Assembly: GCA_963845565.1 (NCBI GenBank)
Contig: CAWJSJ010000001.1
Span: 992,001-1,056,000 of the forward strand
Reading direction: 5' to 3'
Length of the DNA stretch: 64,000 nt
From: an uncultured Methylomirabilota bacterium
GTDB taxonomy: Bacteria > Methylomirabilota > Methylomirabilia > Methylomirabilales > 2-02-FULL-66-22
The notes below the pieces were generated by a model. It did not search any database and was not told the DNA's origin. It saw nothing but the letters and a program-made list of their open reading frames with translations. Position numbers and translations under genes: made by a program. This document shows positions 1 through 9,752 of the stretch, piece by piece; within the stretch, counting starts at the first letter, position 1, and each line of letters starts with the position of its first letter.

Positions 1-964
1 GGTACTTGGATTTGAACACCCCCTCCGCTTCCGCGCTTTCGGGGACCAGCATCGAAATGACCCGCGCCAGGGCGGCGGAAAACGGCAGGAAGAGGACCGT
101 GATGCCGACGTTGAACAGCGTGTGCGCGTTGGCGATCTGCCGCGGCACGTCGCTCGCCGTCATCTCGGCCAGCCGGGCGAAGGGGGTGATGAACGGGAAA
201 AACACCAGCACCCCGACGACCTTGAAGAAGACATGCGCGATGGCCACCCGCTTGGCTTCCGTGTGCGTCCCGATGGAGCTGGCAAAGGCGGTCACGCAGG
301 TCCCGATGTTGGCCCCATAGATCACCGGGATGGCGGCGGTCAGCGGGAGGAGTCCCTGCAGGGACAGGGTGATCGCCAGGCCGATGGTCGCCGCGGAGCT
401 GTGCACGAGGGCGGAAAATGTGGCGGCCACGATCAGGCCGAGGAACGGTTGGTCGCTGAGCGAGACCAGGAGGAGGCGGAAGACCTCGCTGTCGCGCAGG
501 GGCACCATCGCGTCGGACATCACCTTCATCGCGAAGAAGATGAAGCCGAAGCCCAGGACCGCCTGCCCGACGAACTTCAGGACTTTCCGGCGAGAGACGA
601 AGATCAGCGTAAAGCCGACGCCGACCAGAAGCAACGCGTAGTCGAAGATCTTGAAGGCGATGAGCTGAACGGTGATGGTCGTCCCGATGTCGGCCCCCAG
701 GATCACGCTCACCGACTGGGCCAACGTCATGAGCCCGGAGCTGGCGAAGCCCACCAGCATCACGGTGGTGGCGCTGGACGACTGGACGACGGCGGTAATG
801 AAGGCGCCCGCCAGCATCCCCTTGATGCGGCTGTTGGTGATCCCGCTGAGGATCTGCCGCATCCGACCGCCGGCGGCCTGCTGGAGCCCCTCCCCCACCA
901 GCTGCATCCCGTAGAGAAGCAGGGCCATTCCCCCGAACAGGGCGATGAGCATCGCGTTGGTCAC
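1..964 (-). CDS. Na+/phosphate cotransporter family protein (3' end runs off the window)
   Basis: Not in the ORF track; read manually from GTG 964 with upstream GAGGGG: VTNAMLIALFGGMALLLYGMQLVGEGLQQAAG...AVVQSSSATTVMLVGFASSGLMTLAQSVSVILGADIGTT, the Na/Pi QSSS and GAxIGTT signatures. Confidence 0.9.
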   Translation of the reverse strand, partial: MTNAMLIALFGGMALLLYGMQLVGEGLQQAAGGRMRQILSGITNSRIKGMLAGAFITAVVQSSSATTVMLVGFASSGLMTLAQSVSVILGADIGTTITVQLIAFKIFDYALLLVGVGFTLIFVSRRKVLKFVGQAVLGFGFIFFAMKVMSDAMVPLRDSEVFRLLLVSLSDQPFLGLIVAATFSALVHSSAATIGLAITLSLQGLLPLTAAIPVIYGANIGTCVTAFASSIGTHTEAKRVAIAHVFFKVVGVLVFFPFITPFARLAEMTASDVPRQIANAHTLFNVGITVLFLPFSAALARVISMLVPESAEAEGVFKSKY

Positions 965-1303
965 GGTGGGATGGTTCCCCTCGCAAACGACAGCCACCGG
1001 ATCGCCGTCGCGCTCGCGCGTGGCGGCGCCACGGGACACAACGGTGAAACCTGGCCCTGTGTAACATACGGTCAGGAGCGTGTCAAGAAAGCCCCCGACC
1101 GCCCCAACCGCCACGCGATCGTCCTCGGCGACGACCGCGGCCCGCCGCGAGACCGGCCGCCTATCCCGGTGCCTCCTCGCGGAGCGGCACATTCAGCGGG
1201 TTGGCAAGATACCGATCGCGGCATCCCGGGCACAGGAGATGCCGTTCGCTTTGGCCATGGCCCGCCCTGCGCGGTCAGCCGTCCGATACGCGTCCGCCGG
1301 GTT

Positions 1304-2944
1304 TCAGCGATCCCCGCGTGCCGGGTCGGCGTCGCGGATCAACGCGACTTCGTCGCAGCAGGTGAAGTTCGCGCACCGGATGCAGTCCTTCCAGATCTTC
1401 TGGGGGAGTTCCCGCTTGTCCAGCGTCCGAAAGCCGAGCTGTTCGAAGAATCCGGGACGATAGGTCAAGGCGAACACGCGCCGGATACCCAGCTGCGCCG
1501 CCTCCGCCACACACGCGCCAACCAGCGCCTTTCCGAAGCCACGCCCTCCGTGGCTTTCCAGCACGGCCAGCGAGCGTACCTCGGCCAGGTCCTCCCAGTA
1601 CAGCCACAGCGCACACACGCCCACCACCTGACCCTCCACCTCGCATACGAAAAAGTCGCGTAGGTGCTGATAGATCTCATTGAGCGTTCGATGGAGCAGT
1701 TCTCCCCGTGCCGCAAAATGCGCCAAGAGCTTCTGGATGGCGGGGCCGTCCGCCGCCCGGGCCTTTCGCACCTGCGCCGGCGCCCCGGTGCCCGGGCGCT
1801 CGTCGCTCGCGCCGCCCGACCGCCCTTCCGCGCCCTCGTTCCCGTTCTCGGCTCTCGACTCTTGGCTCGCGGCTCGCGGCTCGCGGCTGCCCTCCATCGG
1901 CTCTCGGCTCTCCACTCCCACCCCCTCGATCGTCACGGAACCCGGTCCACCCACCTCCCCACGCACTTGCACCGGGCACCCCAGGATCTGCTGCGCCAGC
2001 GCGAGCGCCGTGACGAGGTGGGGCGTCAGGCGCCCGGTGGTGACGCGGGACGTACCCGCCGCCAGCGCCATCGGCACCACCAGCTGATCTGCCAGGTACG
2101 GATCGCATCCGACATCCGCGCCGGCGAACTCCAGCAACGCATCCACCGCCTCGTCGGCCACCGTCTCGGCACGCTTCCCGCGCGCCCCCAAGGCCGAGAA
2201 ACCCCCGCAACTCCCCGTGGCGTGGGCCGCCAAGAACAGGGCGCTCCCGGGATTCGATGCCTCCCGCTCGCCGACCTCGATGACCGCATTCTGCCCGGCC
2301 GCCTCGAGTCGCTGCAGTGCGTGCGCCCGCTGCCGCTCGGCAATGCCGCGGGGAAGACCCGCCACCGTCGAGACCCCGCGCACGGACAACGGGCCGTCCC
2401 GATGCACGAGCGCAAGCGGCCGAAGGACCGCCCCTCCTCCCATGTCCAGGACGATCTGCCCCCCGCCTTTCGGGTAGAATCCCCACCGGGGGATTCCCAG
2501 GCTGGCCTGGATCCCCATGCAGACCAGGAGGGGCAGGAACACCGCCTGCACGTACTCTGCGGGCGGGCTCCCCGGGACGTGTGTGCCCCCGAGGAGCGTG
2601 ACGCGCGACGCCCCCTCCGCCAGGGCCAACGGCAGAAGAACAGCCTGGAGCACCAGTGCCGTCGAGCCGGCCGTCCCGACGTCAAAGCGGTACTCGCCAG
2701 GACGGAGGAGGCCCGGAGCAAACGTCACAGCTCGTGAGCCCAGACTCGCCCCCCGGACCTCGGCCTCGCACATGGCGGCCAGCGCGTTCACCACGGTCAG
2801 ATGCTGGGGTTGCAGGCCGGGGATCCGCCGTCCCGCGCGGATGTCGTGGACGTGTACCGGGACCCCGCGAACGGCGGCCAGCGTCAGGGCCGTCCGGAGA
2901 ACCTGCCCACCTCCCTCTCCTTGCCCACCGTCAATCTGGATCAC
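1304..2944 (-). CDS. rtcA: RNA 3'-terminal phosphate cyclase fused to a C-terminal short ArgA-like GNAT N-acetyltransferase
   Basis: GTG start after GAGGT. RtcA motifs IDGGQGEGGGQVLR, GLQPQHL, GGTHVPGSPP, GFYPKGGG, DPYLADQL, TPHL. Linker, then VRKARAADGPAI...LAEVRSLAV...GRGFGKALV...VFALTYRPGFF...LPQKIWKDCIRCANFTCCDEVAL. Confidence 0.88.
   Translation of the reverse strand: MIQIDGGQGEGGGQVLRTALTLAAVRGVPVHVHDIRAGRRIPGLQPQHLTVVNALAAMCEAEVRGASLGSRAVTFAPGLLRPGEYRFDVGTAGSTALVLQAVLLPLALAEGASRVTLLGGTHVPGSPPAEYVQAVFLPLLVCMGIQASLGIPRWGFYPKGGGQIVLDMGGGAVLRPLALVHRDGPLSVRGVSTVAGLPRGIAERQRAHALQRLEAAGQNAVIEVGEREASNPGSALFLAAHATGSCGGFSALGARGKRAETVADEAVDALLEFAGADVGCDPYLADQLVVPMALAAGTSRVTTGRLTPHLVTALALAQQILGCPVQVRGEVGGPGSVTIEGVGVESREPMEGSREPRAASQESRAENGNEGAEGRSGGASDERPGTGAPAQVRKARAADGPAIQKLLAHFAARGELLHRTLNEIYQHLRDFFVCEVEGQVVGVCALWLYWEDLAEVRSLAVLESHGGRGFGKALVGACVAEAAQLGIRRVFALTYRPGFFEQLGFRTLDKRELPQKIWKDCIRCANFTCCDEVALIRDADPARGDR
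1845..1914. repeat. Degenerate 7-bp tandem repeat (about 10 units) in the RtcA-GNAT linker
   Basis: ttctcgg ctctcga ctcttgg ctcgcgg ctcgcgg ctcgcgg ctgccct ccatcgg ctctcgg ctctcca. Confidence 0.8.
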
Positions 2945-3147
2945 GCGTGTGCGACCTCGGACAGAGGTTTCTTGCCAAGTTACGCCCCTTCTTACCACTG
3001 CGATTTGGCGAGTGTCAAGACCGACCCCGCGACGATGGCGAATCGCGGGGAATCCGTGGTCGAACCGACCGGCGGCAGCGATCGTGGCAACCTCCAAATT
3101 CGGGTGCGTTCGGCGCCATCAGAAAACCTCCAAACCCTAGAAAACAC

Positions 3148-3176
3148 TTGACATTCGAGGGGCTCATCAATACATT
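3148..3176 (+). promoter_or_regulatory. sigma70-type promoter for the 2-hydroxyacid dehydrogenase
   Basis: TTGACA-17 bp-TACATT, about 55 bp upstream of the start. Confidence 0.6.
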
Positions 3177-3231
3177 GGCGCTCGTTCTCGGACCCGTCGC
3201 CTGGCCAGACGCCCCTCGAAAGGAGGCCCCT

Positions 3232-4209
3232 GTGAGACCGAAGGTGCTGGTGTCCCGCAAAGTCTTCGACGAAGCCTTGGCCCTGCTCAGCAAGAGTTTC
3301 GAGGTCGAGTCGAACCAGCGTGATGTTCCCTTTACACCGATCCAGCTCGTCAAGAAACTGCAGGGGAAATCCGGGGCGATCGTCCTGTTGACCGACATGA
3401 TCGACGATCGATTGCTGGCCCAGTGCCCGGACCTCAAAGTCGTCTGCAACGTAGCCGTCGGATACAACAACGTCGACGTCAAGGCCGCCACCCGCCGCGG
3501 GATCATGATCTGCAATACGCCGGGCGTGTTGGATGATACCACGGCCGACTTCACCTGGACCTTGCTCTTGGCCACCGCGCGCCGCGTGGTGGAATCGGAC
3601 AAGTTCTTCCGGGCGGGGAAGTGGAAGGGGTGGGGCCTGATGCAGTTCACCGGCTACGACGTGCACCACAAGACGTTGGGCGTCGTGGGGTTCGGCCGCA
3701 TCGGCAAGGGCGTCGCCCGGCGCGCCAAGGGATTCGACATGCGCGTGATCTACACCGATGTCCAGCGCGTGGACGAGGCGACCGAGCGCGAGTACGGGGT
3801 CATGTATGTGGACAAGCGGACGTTATTGCGGGAGTCCGACTTCGTCTCCTTGCACATCCCCCTCTTTCCGGAGACCCGCCACTACCTGTCCGATCCCGAG
3901 TTCGCGTTGATGAAGAGGACGGCCATCCTGGTCAATGCCGCGCGCGGACCGATCGTGGACGAGAAGGCCCTGGTCAAAGCCCTCCGGGACGGGAAGATCG
4001 CCGGTGCCGGCCTGGACGTGTACGAGCGGGAGCCCAAGTGCGAGCGCGCCCTGATCCCCATGAAGCAGGTCGTTCTCGCGCCGCATACCGCCAGCGCCTC
4101 GATCGAGACCCGGACCAAGATGGCCATGATGGCCGTGCAGAACTGCATCACGGGCGTCAATGGGCAGCGACCTGCGAACATCGTGAATCCGGAAGTCCTC
4201 GCCCGCTGA
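3232..4209 (+). CDS. D-2-hydroxyacid dehydrogenase (glyoxylate/hydroxypyruvate reductase, GyaR-like)
   Basis: GTG after AAGGAGG; VGYNNVD, NTPGVL, GFGRIG, NAARGPIVDE, LDVYERE, APHTASAS. Confidence 0.9.
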   Translation: MRPKVLVSRKVFDEALALLSKSFEVESNQRDVPFTPIQLVKKLQGKSGAIVLLTDMIDDRLLAQCPDLKVVCNVAVGYNNVDVKAATRRGIMICNTPGVLDDTTADFTWTLLLATARRVVESDKFFRAGKWKGWGLMQFTGYDVHHKTLGVVGFGRIGKGVARRAKGFDMRVIYTDVQRVDEATEREYGVMYVDKRTLLRESDFVSLHIPLFPETRHYLSDPEFALMKRTAILVNAARGPIVDEKALVKALRDGKIAGAGLDVYEREPKCERALIPMKQVVLAPHTASASIETRTKMAMMAVQNCITGVNGQRPANIVNPEVLAR

Positions 4210-4226
4210 CCGCCGGGCCCCCGCAC

Positions 4227-4260
4227 AAAAAACCCCGGCGTCCGATGCGGCCGCCGGGGT
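4227..4260 (-). terminator. Intrinsic terminator for the convergent minus-strand operon
   Basis: A6 then ccccggcg...cgccgggg stem (U-tract on the minus strand). Confidence 0.65.
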
Positions 4261-4280
4261 CCGAGCGAGGTGCCTGCGCC

Positions 4281-4766
4281 TCACATCCGGTACCTGCCGA
4301 AGTCCTCGGGCTTCAAGTTCTCCAGCCACTCCTTCCACTTGTCCGTCTCTTCCTTCTCTTCGGAGATCTCGACACTCTTCGCCTGGGACACCACGTTCTC
4401 GGTCACAAAGATGGGCGCGTTCACCCGGAGCGCAAGGGCGATCGCATCGCTGGGGCGGGAGTCGATGTTGATCACCGTGCCGTTGTGGTTGAGTTCGATC
4501 ACGGCGAAGAACGTGTTGTCCTTCAAATCGTTGACGATCACCTGTCGCACGGTGACCCCGAGCCCATCCAACACGCTCTTGAGCAGGTCGTGGGTCATCG
4601 GCCGGGGCGTCGTGACCTTCTCGAGTTCCAAGGCGATGGCATTGGCCTCGAAGATCCCGACCCAAATCGGCAGCGCCTTCCGCTCGTCGACGTCCTTCAA
4701 GATGATAATGGGCATATTGGTGATGGGATCCAGCGCGATCCCGCGCACCGTCATTTGAACCAGCAT
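4281..4766 (-). CDS. Bifunctional nuclease (DUF151/BFN) family protein
   Basis: LPIWVGIFEANAIA, PRPMTHDLL, IDSRPSDAIALALR. Confidence 0.92.
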   Translation of the reverse strand: MLVQMTVRGIALDPITNMPIIILKDVDERKALPIWVGIFEANAIALELEKVTTPRPMTHDLLKSVLDGLGVTVRQVIVNDLKDNTFFAVIELNHNGTVINIDSRPSDAIALALRVNAPIFVTENVVSQAKSVEISEEKEETDKWKEWLENLKPEDFGRYRM

Positions 4767-4775
4767 GGCCCCCTC

Positions 4776-5267
4776 CTACCCTCGCTCTCCCCGGAAAAAG
4801 GGGACCAGCTTCTCGTAGGTCGATTCCAGGTAGTCTGGCATGACCTTCGTCTCGGCCAGGACCGGCATGAAATTGGTGTCGCCCACCCAGCGGGGCACCA
4901 CGTGCATGTGCACATGATCCGCCACTCCGGCGCCTGCCGCTTTCCCCAGATTAATCCCCAGGTTGAAACCCTCCGCACGGAAACGCTCGCGCAGGATCCG
5001 GGTCGTCCGCTGGGACTCGTGCATGATTTCCAAGGTGTCCTCGGCCGACAACTGCCCCAGATCGGCGCAATGCCGGTAGGGAACGACCATCAGGTGCCCG
5101 TTGTTGTACGGGTACCGATTCATCACCACGTACGTCCGCGGGCCTCGATGCAGAATGAGCGTTTGACGATCGTCGACCTCGCGCGGCAATTCGCACAGCA
5201 GGCACCCGTCGGGGCGCGGTCCGTCGATATACGCCATCCGCCACGGCGCCCAGAGCGTCGATGTCAT
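4776..5267 (-). CDS. HIT family hydrolase (FHIT/Ap4A phosphorylase-like)
   Basis: LWAPWRMAYI, NRYPYNNGHLM, HVHMHVVPRW. Confidence 0.93.
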   Translation of the reverse strand: MTSTLWAPWRMAYIDGPRPDGCLLCELPREVDDRQTLILHRGPRTYVVMNRYPYNNGHLMVVPYRHCADLGQLSAEDTLEIMHESQRTTRILRERFRAEGFNLGINLGKAAGAGVADHVHMHVVPRWVGDTNFMPVLAETKVMPDYLESTYEKLVPFFRGERG

Positions 5268-7147
5268 CCGCGCCCCTGCGGCACCGCGACGACCGCCCCC
5301 GGCGCGGTGCGTTCGGTCCCGAGCCGGTAAATCGCAATCGATCGGCCCACGCCTTTGAACTTAGCATCGCCCACATACTCTAGCAAGACATTTTTTCCCA
5401 GCACCTCGTCGAAAAATCGGTACCCGTGCACCCCGCCGCGCGCCCACGGCTCGGCCATCCCCTGCCGCACCACCTCTTCCACCGTGTCCTGGCTGACCAC
5501 GATGCCGGTGTTGTACAGGGTGCCGGCGTCGTCCACCCACACCTCCCGCCGGCCGCCGGCGTCGTCCAGGGGAATCTGGGGCTGGTCGTCCCCTGCAGCG
5601 TCGTCCGCCATCCCGCTCTGCACCTTCCCGGAATTGGACAGTCGGCCGGCGATATTCACGTTCCGGCCGATGACCGTCCGGTCCATGCTCTGATCATTCA
5701 GCACGAAATGCGCCACCTGCGCCCGCCCCGTGTGAACGCTGATCCCGATGGTGAAGTCGGTCCGACGGTCGGCGCGGAGCCCGGCCATCAACTCCTGAAT
5801 GGCCAACGCCGTGCGCAGCGCGTTGATCTCATCCTGGGGCGTCACGCGCGAGAAACCGAAGGTGATCATGGCGCCGTCGCCGGTGAACTTGTCGATGCGG
5901 CCCCGGTACCGTTCCACCAGCGCCGCGAACGGATCGAACACCTCGTAGAGATGGTGCGCCAGTTCGCGCTCCGACACCCCGCCCTCCGAGGTGGCCGTGA
6001 ACCCGCGCACATCGGCGAACACCACCGTGATCTTCCGGGCGAGTTTCCAGATCTCGCCGTCGGGATGGAAGCGGAAGAGGCGCCCCTCGTCGTAGCGCGT
6101 TCGAAGCTCGACCTCCGATTGCGCGTACCCGACCACGCCCACCGCTTGGCGGGCCAGATCCACCACCTCGCTGCGCTTCACCGCCTGCAGGAGATCGAGG
6201 TAATCCAGCACCAGTTCGCCCCAGGCGCGGTGGGTGGCGCGTTCCAGTCGTCCGACCGGCGAATTGAACCCGACCGCCCAGGCGCCGGCGAATTCCGCCA
6301 GCAGATAGGTCACCACATGACTGTTAAAGAGCAGCCGGGTGACGGACCGCTCCTCGTCGTACGCATCCGGGCGCACCCCGGGCAACCAGCGACGGAACAT
6401 CTCCATCATCCGGGGGTCCTTCCGCTGCAACACGGCCCGCAATCGCTCCCGAAACGCGGCGTGCACCTCGCGGAACTCCCGGAAGTTCAACCGGAATCGC
6501 TTATTGTTCTCGACCAACAACTGGGGAAACGTCAGACGCGCGAGGCTGGTGTCGGTGAAGGGGATCTGGTCGTCGATGATGCAGTCGATCAGCGCGGTGT
6601 TGAAGTCCACCCCCAGATTCTGCCGTAACGGGTTTCCGCTCTGGTGCTTGAAGCGCGCCCACACACGCTCGAAGGCGTTGCGGTGGACCCCTTGCAGGAA
6701 CGGGTGCATCTGGTACTTAAGATCCAGCTTGATCCGTGGCTGCGAGAAGAAGTCCTGCAGCACCTCCGCCACCGCCTTGGAATGCGCCAGCCAGAACAGG
6801 TTCATCAACCCCAGACGACGCTCCTGCTCGATGACGCTGGCCAGAACGGTTTCCAGGACCTGCTCGAACTGATCCAGGGGGGCCGCGCCGCTCCCGTGCG
6901 TGAAGGCGGCATGCTCCCCACCGCCGGCCGTCGCGGTCAGGCCGCGGTAGAGGTATTCCACCAGGTCCCGGAGGCACTTTCGCAAGGGCGGAAAGAGGTC
7001 CACCAGGAAGAGATCGCCCGTCGCCGGATCGAGAGGTCCGTCCGGCAGTTCGGGAACGCGACCCCCGAAAAGTTCTTCGATCTCCGCCACGGTCCCCGCA
7101 ATGAAGCGCGGATCCGGAGCCGACGGACCCCCGAAAATCCTCCGCAT
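5264..7147 (-). CDS. Class III adenylate/guanylate cyclase domain protein with an unrecognised N-terminal region of about 380 aa
   Basis: ATG 7147 after GAGGGG; VVFADVRGFT, IDKFTGDGAM, IGISVHTG, DRTVIGRNVNIAGRL, FKGVG. Confidence 0.85.
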   Translation of the reverse strand: MRRIFGGPSAPDPRFIAGTVAEIEELFGGRVPELPDGPLDPATGDLFLVDLFPPLRKCLRDLVEYLYRGLTATAGGGEHAAFTHGSGAAPLDQFEQVLETVLASVIEQERRLGLMNLFWLAHSKAVAEVLQDFFSQPRIKLDLKYQMHPFLQGVHRNAFERVWARFKHQSGNPLRQNLGVDFNTALIDCIIDDQIPFTDTSLARLTFPQLLVENNKRFRLNFREFREVHAAFRERLRAVLQRKDPRMMEMFRRWLPGVRPDAYDEERSVTRLLFNSHVVTYLLAEFAGAWAVGFNSPVGRLERATHRAWGELVLDYLDLLQAVKRSEVVDLARQAVGVVGYAQSEVELRTRYDEGRLFRFHPDGEIWKLARKITVVFADVRGFTATSEGGVSERELAHHLYEVFDPFAALVERYRGRIDKFTGDGAMITFGFSRVTPQDEINALRTALAIQELMAGLRADRRTDFTIGISVHTGRAQVAHFVLNDQSMDRTVIGRNVNIAGRLSNSGKVQSGMADDAAGDDQPQIPLDDAGGRREVWVDDAGTLYNTGIVVSQDTVEEVVRQGMAEPWARGGVHGYRFFDEVLGKNVLLEYVGDAKFKGVGRSIAIYRLGTERTAPGAVVAVPQGRG

Positions 7148-7190
7148 ATGCCCCTCGACTCGTCCTGATTTCCCCACCACTGCCGGAATG

Positions 7191-7217
7191 AAAAAGCAGG
7201 GCGGGACGCCCTGCTTT
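7191..7217 (-). terminator. Intrinsic terminator after the HU/IHF gene
   Basis: aaagcagggcg-gga-cgccctgcttt perfect stem with an A5 run. Confidence 0.7.
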
Positions 7218-7243
7218 CCACTGCGGGGATTCGATCCCGGAGG

Positions 7244-7525
7244 TTATGAGTCCACGAGCGCCTTCAACTCCTTGCCCGGTTTGAAATACGGCACGCGCTT
7301 GGCCGGCACTTGGACCGGCTTGCCCGTCTGGGGATTCCGGCCTTGGCGCGCGCGCCGGCGGCGCACGCGGAAGCTGCCGAACCCGCGCAGTTCGACCTTG
7401 GCGTCATTCGCCAACGCCAGCGCCTGCGAGATGCTGTCAAAGATGGTATCGATGACGACTTCGGTGTCCTTCTTCGTCAGGTTGACCTGCGTTGCCACCT
7501 TTTCTACCAGATCGGCCTTCGTCAT
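7244..7525 (-). CDS. ihfB: HU/IHF family DNA-binding protein (IHF beta-like, downstream of rpsA)
   Basis: MTKADLVEKVA...VELRGFGSF...GRNPQTG...PYFKPGKELK; RBS AAGGAGG. Confidence 0.85.
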   Translation of the reverse strand: MTKADLVEKVATQVNLTKKDTEVVIDTIFDSISQALALANDAKVELRGFGSFRVRRRRARQGRNPQTGKPVQVPAKRVPYFKPGKELKALVDS

Positions 7526-7732
7526 GGACTCCACCTCCTTAACGTGCAGTATGCCCTGCGACCCCAGGCGTGTCCCGGATCATCAGCCTCGCGGCCATCG
7601 CGAGGCACGCGGCGGCGAGCAGTCGGTCCGGACGTCGACGCTGCGGACCCCGCGCGCGCCAGACCGCGCTATGCTTCCCACGCCGACGGAACGGTACCTC
7701 CGCCCTGCGGTTGCGTCCGACCCCGCCAGCCC

Positions 7733-9454
7733 CTACTCCTCCTCGTCCTCGTCCCGGCGTCGCTTCCGGCCGTGTCCGCTGTCCTCCTCGGGCGCCAGGC
7801 CGTCCCGCAGCGAGTCGACAATCGCGCGGAGGCTGAGACCGATCTTGCGCTCCTCGGGGTCGAGCTTGATCACCTTGAGTATCAACTCTTGCCCAACCTG
7901 GACGACGTCCTCCGGCTTATTGACCCGCTCGTGAGAGAGTTCGGACACGTGGAGGAGGCCCTCCACGCCGTCCTCCAGCTCCACGAAGGCGCCGAAGTCG
8001 GTGGTCCGGATGACCTTCCCTTGCACGTCCATCCCCACCCGATACTTCTCGGGAACGGCCGACTGCCACGGGTCCTGCTGCACCTGCTTGAGGCCCAGGG
8101 AGATCCGGTGGTTGGCCTTGTCCACGTGCAGGACGAGAGCGTCCACCTTCTCCCCCTTTTTGAGGAGCTCCGACGGGTGTCGAATGCGCTTGGTCCAGGA
8201 CATGTCGGAGATATGAATCAGGCCGTCGATGCCCTCCTCCAGCTCCACGAAGGCGCCGAAGTCCGCCAGGTTTCGGACCCGCCCCTCCACTCGCGTCCCC
8301 ACCGGATAGCGTTCCTCGATGAAGTTCCACGGGTTGGGCTCGGCCTGGCGCATCCCGAGCGAGATTCGCTTGTTGCCGCGGTCCACATCCAGGACGACCA
8401 CTTCCACCATATCGCCGATGGCCACCACCTTCGAAGGATGCTTCACCCGCTGGGTCCAGGACATTTCCGAGATGTGCACCAACCCCTCGACGCCCTCCTC
8501 CAGCTCCACGAAGGCGCCGTAGTCGGTCATGCTGACGACCTTCCCCGTGAACTTTGTCCCAACCGGGTATCGCTGCTCCACCGCCTCCCAGGGATCGGGC
8601 AGCCGCTGCTTGTACCCCAGGGATACACGCTCGTTGGTCCGGTCGAACTTGAGGACCACCACCTCGATCTCGTCTCCGACCTGGAAGATCTCCGAGGGGT
8701 GCCCGATCCGCCCCCACGACATATCGGTGATGTGAAGCAGACCGTCGAGCCCCCCCAGATCCACGAAGGCGCCGTACTCGGTGATGTTCTTGATCTTGCC
8801 CTTGACCCGCTTCCCCTCGGCCAGCGTCGCCAAGGTATCTTCCTTCAGGTGCTTCCGCTCTTCCTCGAGCAACTCCCGGCGGGAGAGCACGATGTTGCCC
8901 CGCTTCTGGTTCAGCTTGATGATCTTCATCGGGAAGGCCTTCCCGATGAGCTTATCCAAATCCCGGACCGGCCGGAGGTCCACCTGCGAGCCGGGCAGGA
9001 AGGCCCGCACGCCGATGTCGACGATCAAGCCGCCCTTGGTCCGGCCCAGGATCATGCCGGAGATGGGCCCGCCCTTTTCGTAGACCTGGGAGAGCTCGTC
9101 CCAGATCTTAATCTTCTCCGCCTTTTCCCGCGACAGGACGATCAGGCCGTCGCTGTCTTCGCGCTGCTCCAGATAGACATCCACCGTATCCCCGACCTTG
9201 GCCGTGATTTCTCCGGACGGGGTGCGGAATTCCCGCAGGGGGATCAACCCCTCGGACTTGTACCCGATGTCGACCAGGACGACATCCTCCCGCATCTCCA
9301 GGATGGTCCCCTTGATGATGTCGCCCTCAATGACGTCCCGCAGGCTCTCCTCGTAGATGGCGCGCATTTCGGGCGATGGACCCGTCGCGTCCGTCTCCAA
9401 CTCGTCGGGGTCGGTGAAATCTTGCGGATCAAAACCGGTTGACTGTAATGTCAT
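7733..9454 (-). CDS. rpsA: 30S ribosomal protein S1
   Basis: Six S1 repeats (DIGYKSEG, AFLPGSQVD, YGAFVDLGGLDGLLHITDMSW, etc.). Confidence 0.97.
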   Translation of the reverse strand: MTLQSTGFDPQDFTDPDELETDATGPSPEMRAIYEESLRDVIEGDIIKGTILEMREDVVLVDIGYKSEGLIPLREFRTPSGEITAKVGDTVDVYLEQREDSDGLIVLSREKAEKIKIWDELSQVYEKGGPISGMILGRTKGGLIVDIGVRAFLPGSQVDLRPVRDLDKLIGKAFPMKIIKLNQKRGNIVLSRRELLEEERKHLKEDTLATLAEGKRVKGKIKNITEYGAFVDLGGLDGLLHITDMSWGRIGHPSEIFQVGDEIEVVVLKFDRTNERVSLGYKQRLPDPWEAVEQRYPVGTKFTGKVVSMTDYGAFVELEEGVEGLVHISEMSWTQRVKHPSKVVAIGDMVEVVVLDVDRGNKRISLGMRQAEPNPWNFIEERYPVGTRVEGRVRNLADFGAFVELEEGIDGLIHISDMSWTKRIRHPSELLKKGEKVDALVLHVDKANHRISLGLKQVQQDPWQSAVPEKYRVGMDVQGKVIRTTDFGAFVELEDGVEGLLHVSELSHERVNKPEDVVQVGQELILKVIKLDPEERKIGLSLRAIVDSLRDGLAPEEDSGHGRKRRRDEDEEE

Positions 9455-9752
9455 GAAACCCTACTCCTCCTGCTCACGGCCGTGAATTCGAGGCGTCGCC
9501 GCACCCCCGCCAGGCGGGGACAACGGCCGACTCTCATGAGGCGGCCAAGCCGCCTTATGGTCTCAGAGATTGAATGACCTCGCGGTGTGTCGGCGCGCTG
9601 CCGAGCGGTCCCGCACGTCGCGCGACGCCCTGCCGGGATTCCCCGACCCGTCACCCTGGAAACACCGACTGTCACAGGGGCTCGCCGACACCGTGCGACC
9701 GAGCGCGTAGACGAAACCGGCTTGTACGTCCCGGGGGCCTGCGAGAGGAGGG

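Noticed and set aside
4281..7147. Calling the cyclase cluster a Pycsar or CBASS defence system
   Set aside because: Specificity residues look ATP-type, there is no cNMP-binding or TIR effector, and the context is housekeeping.
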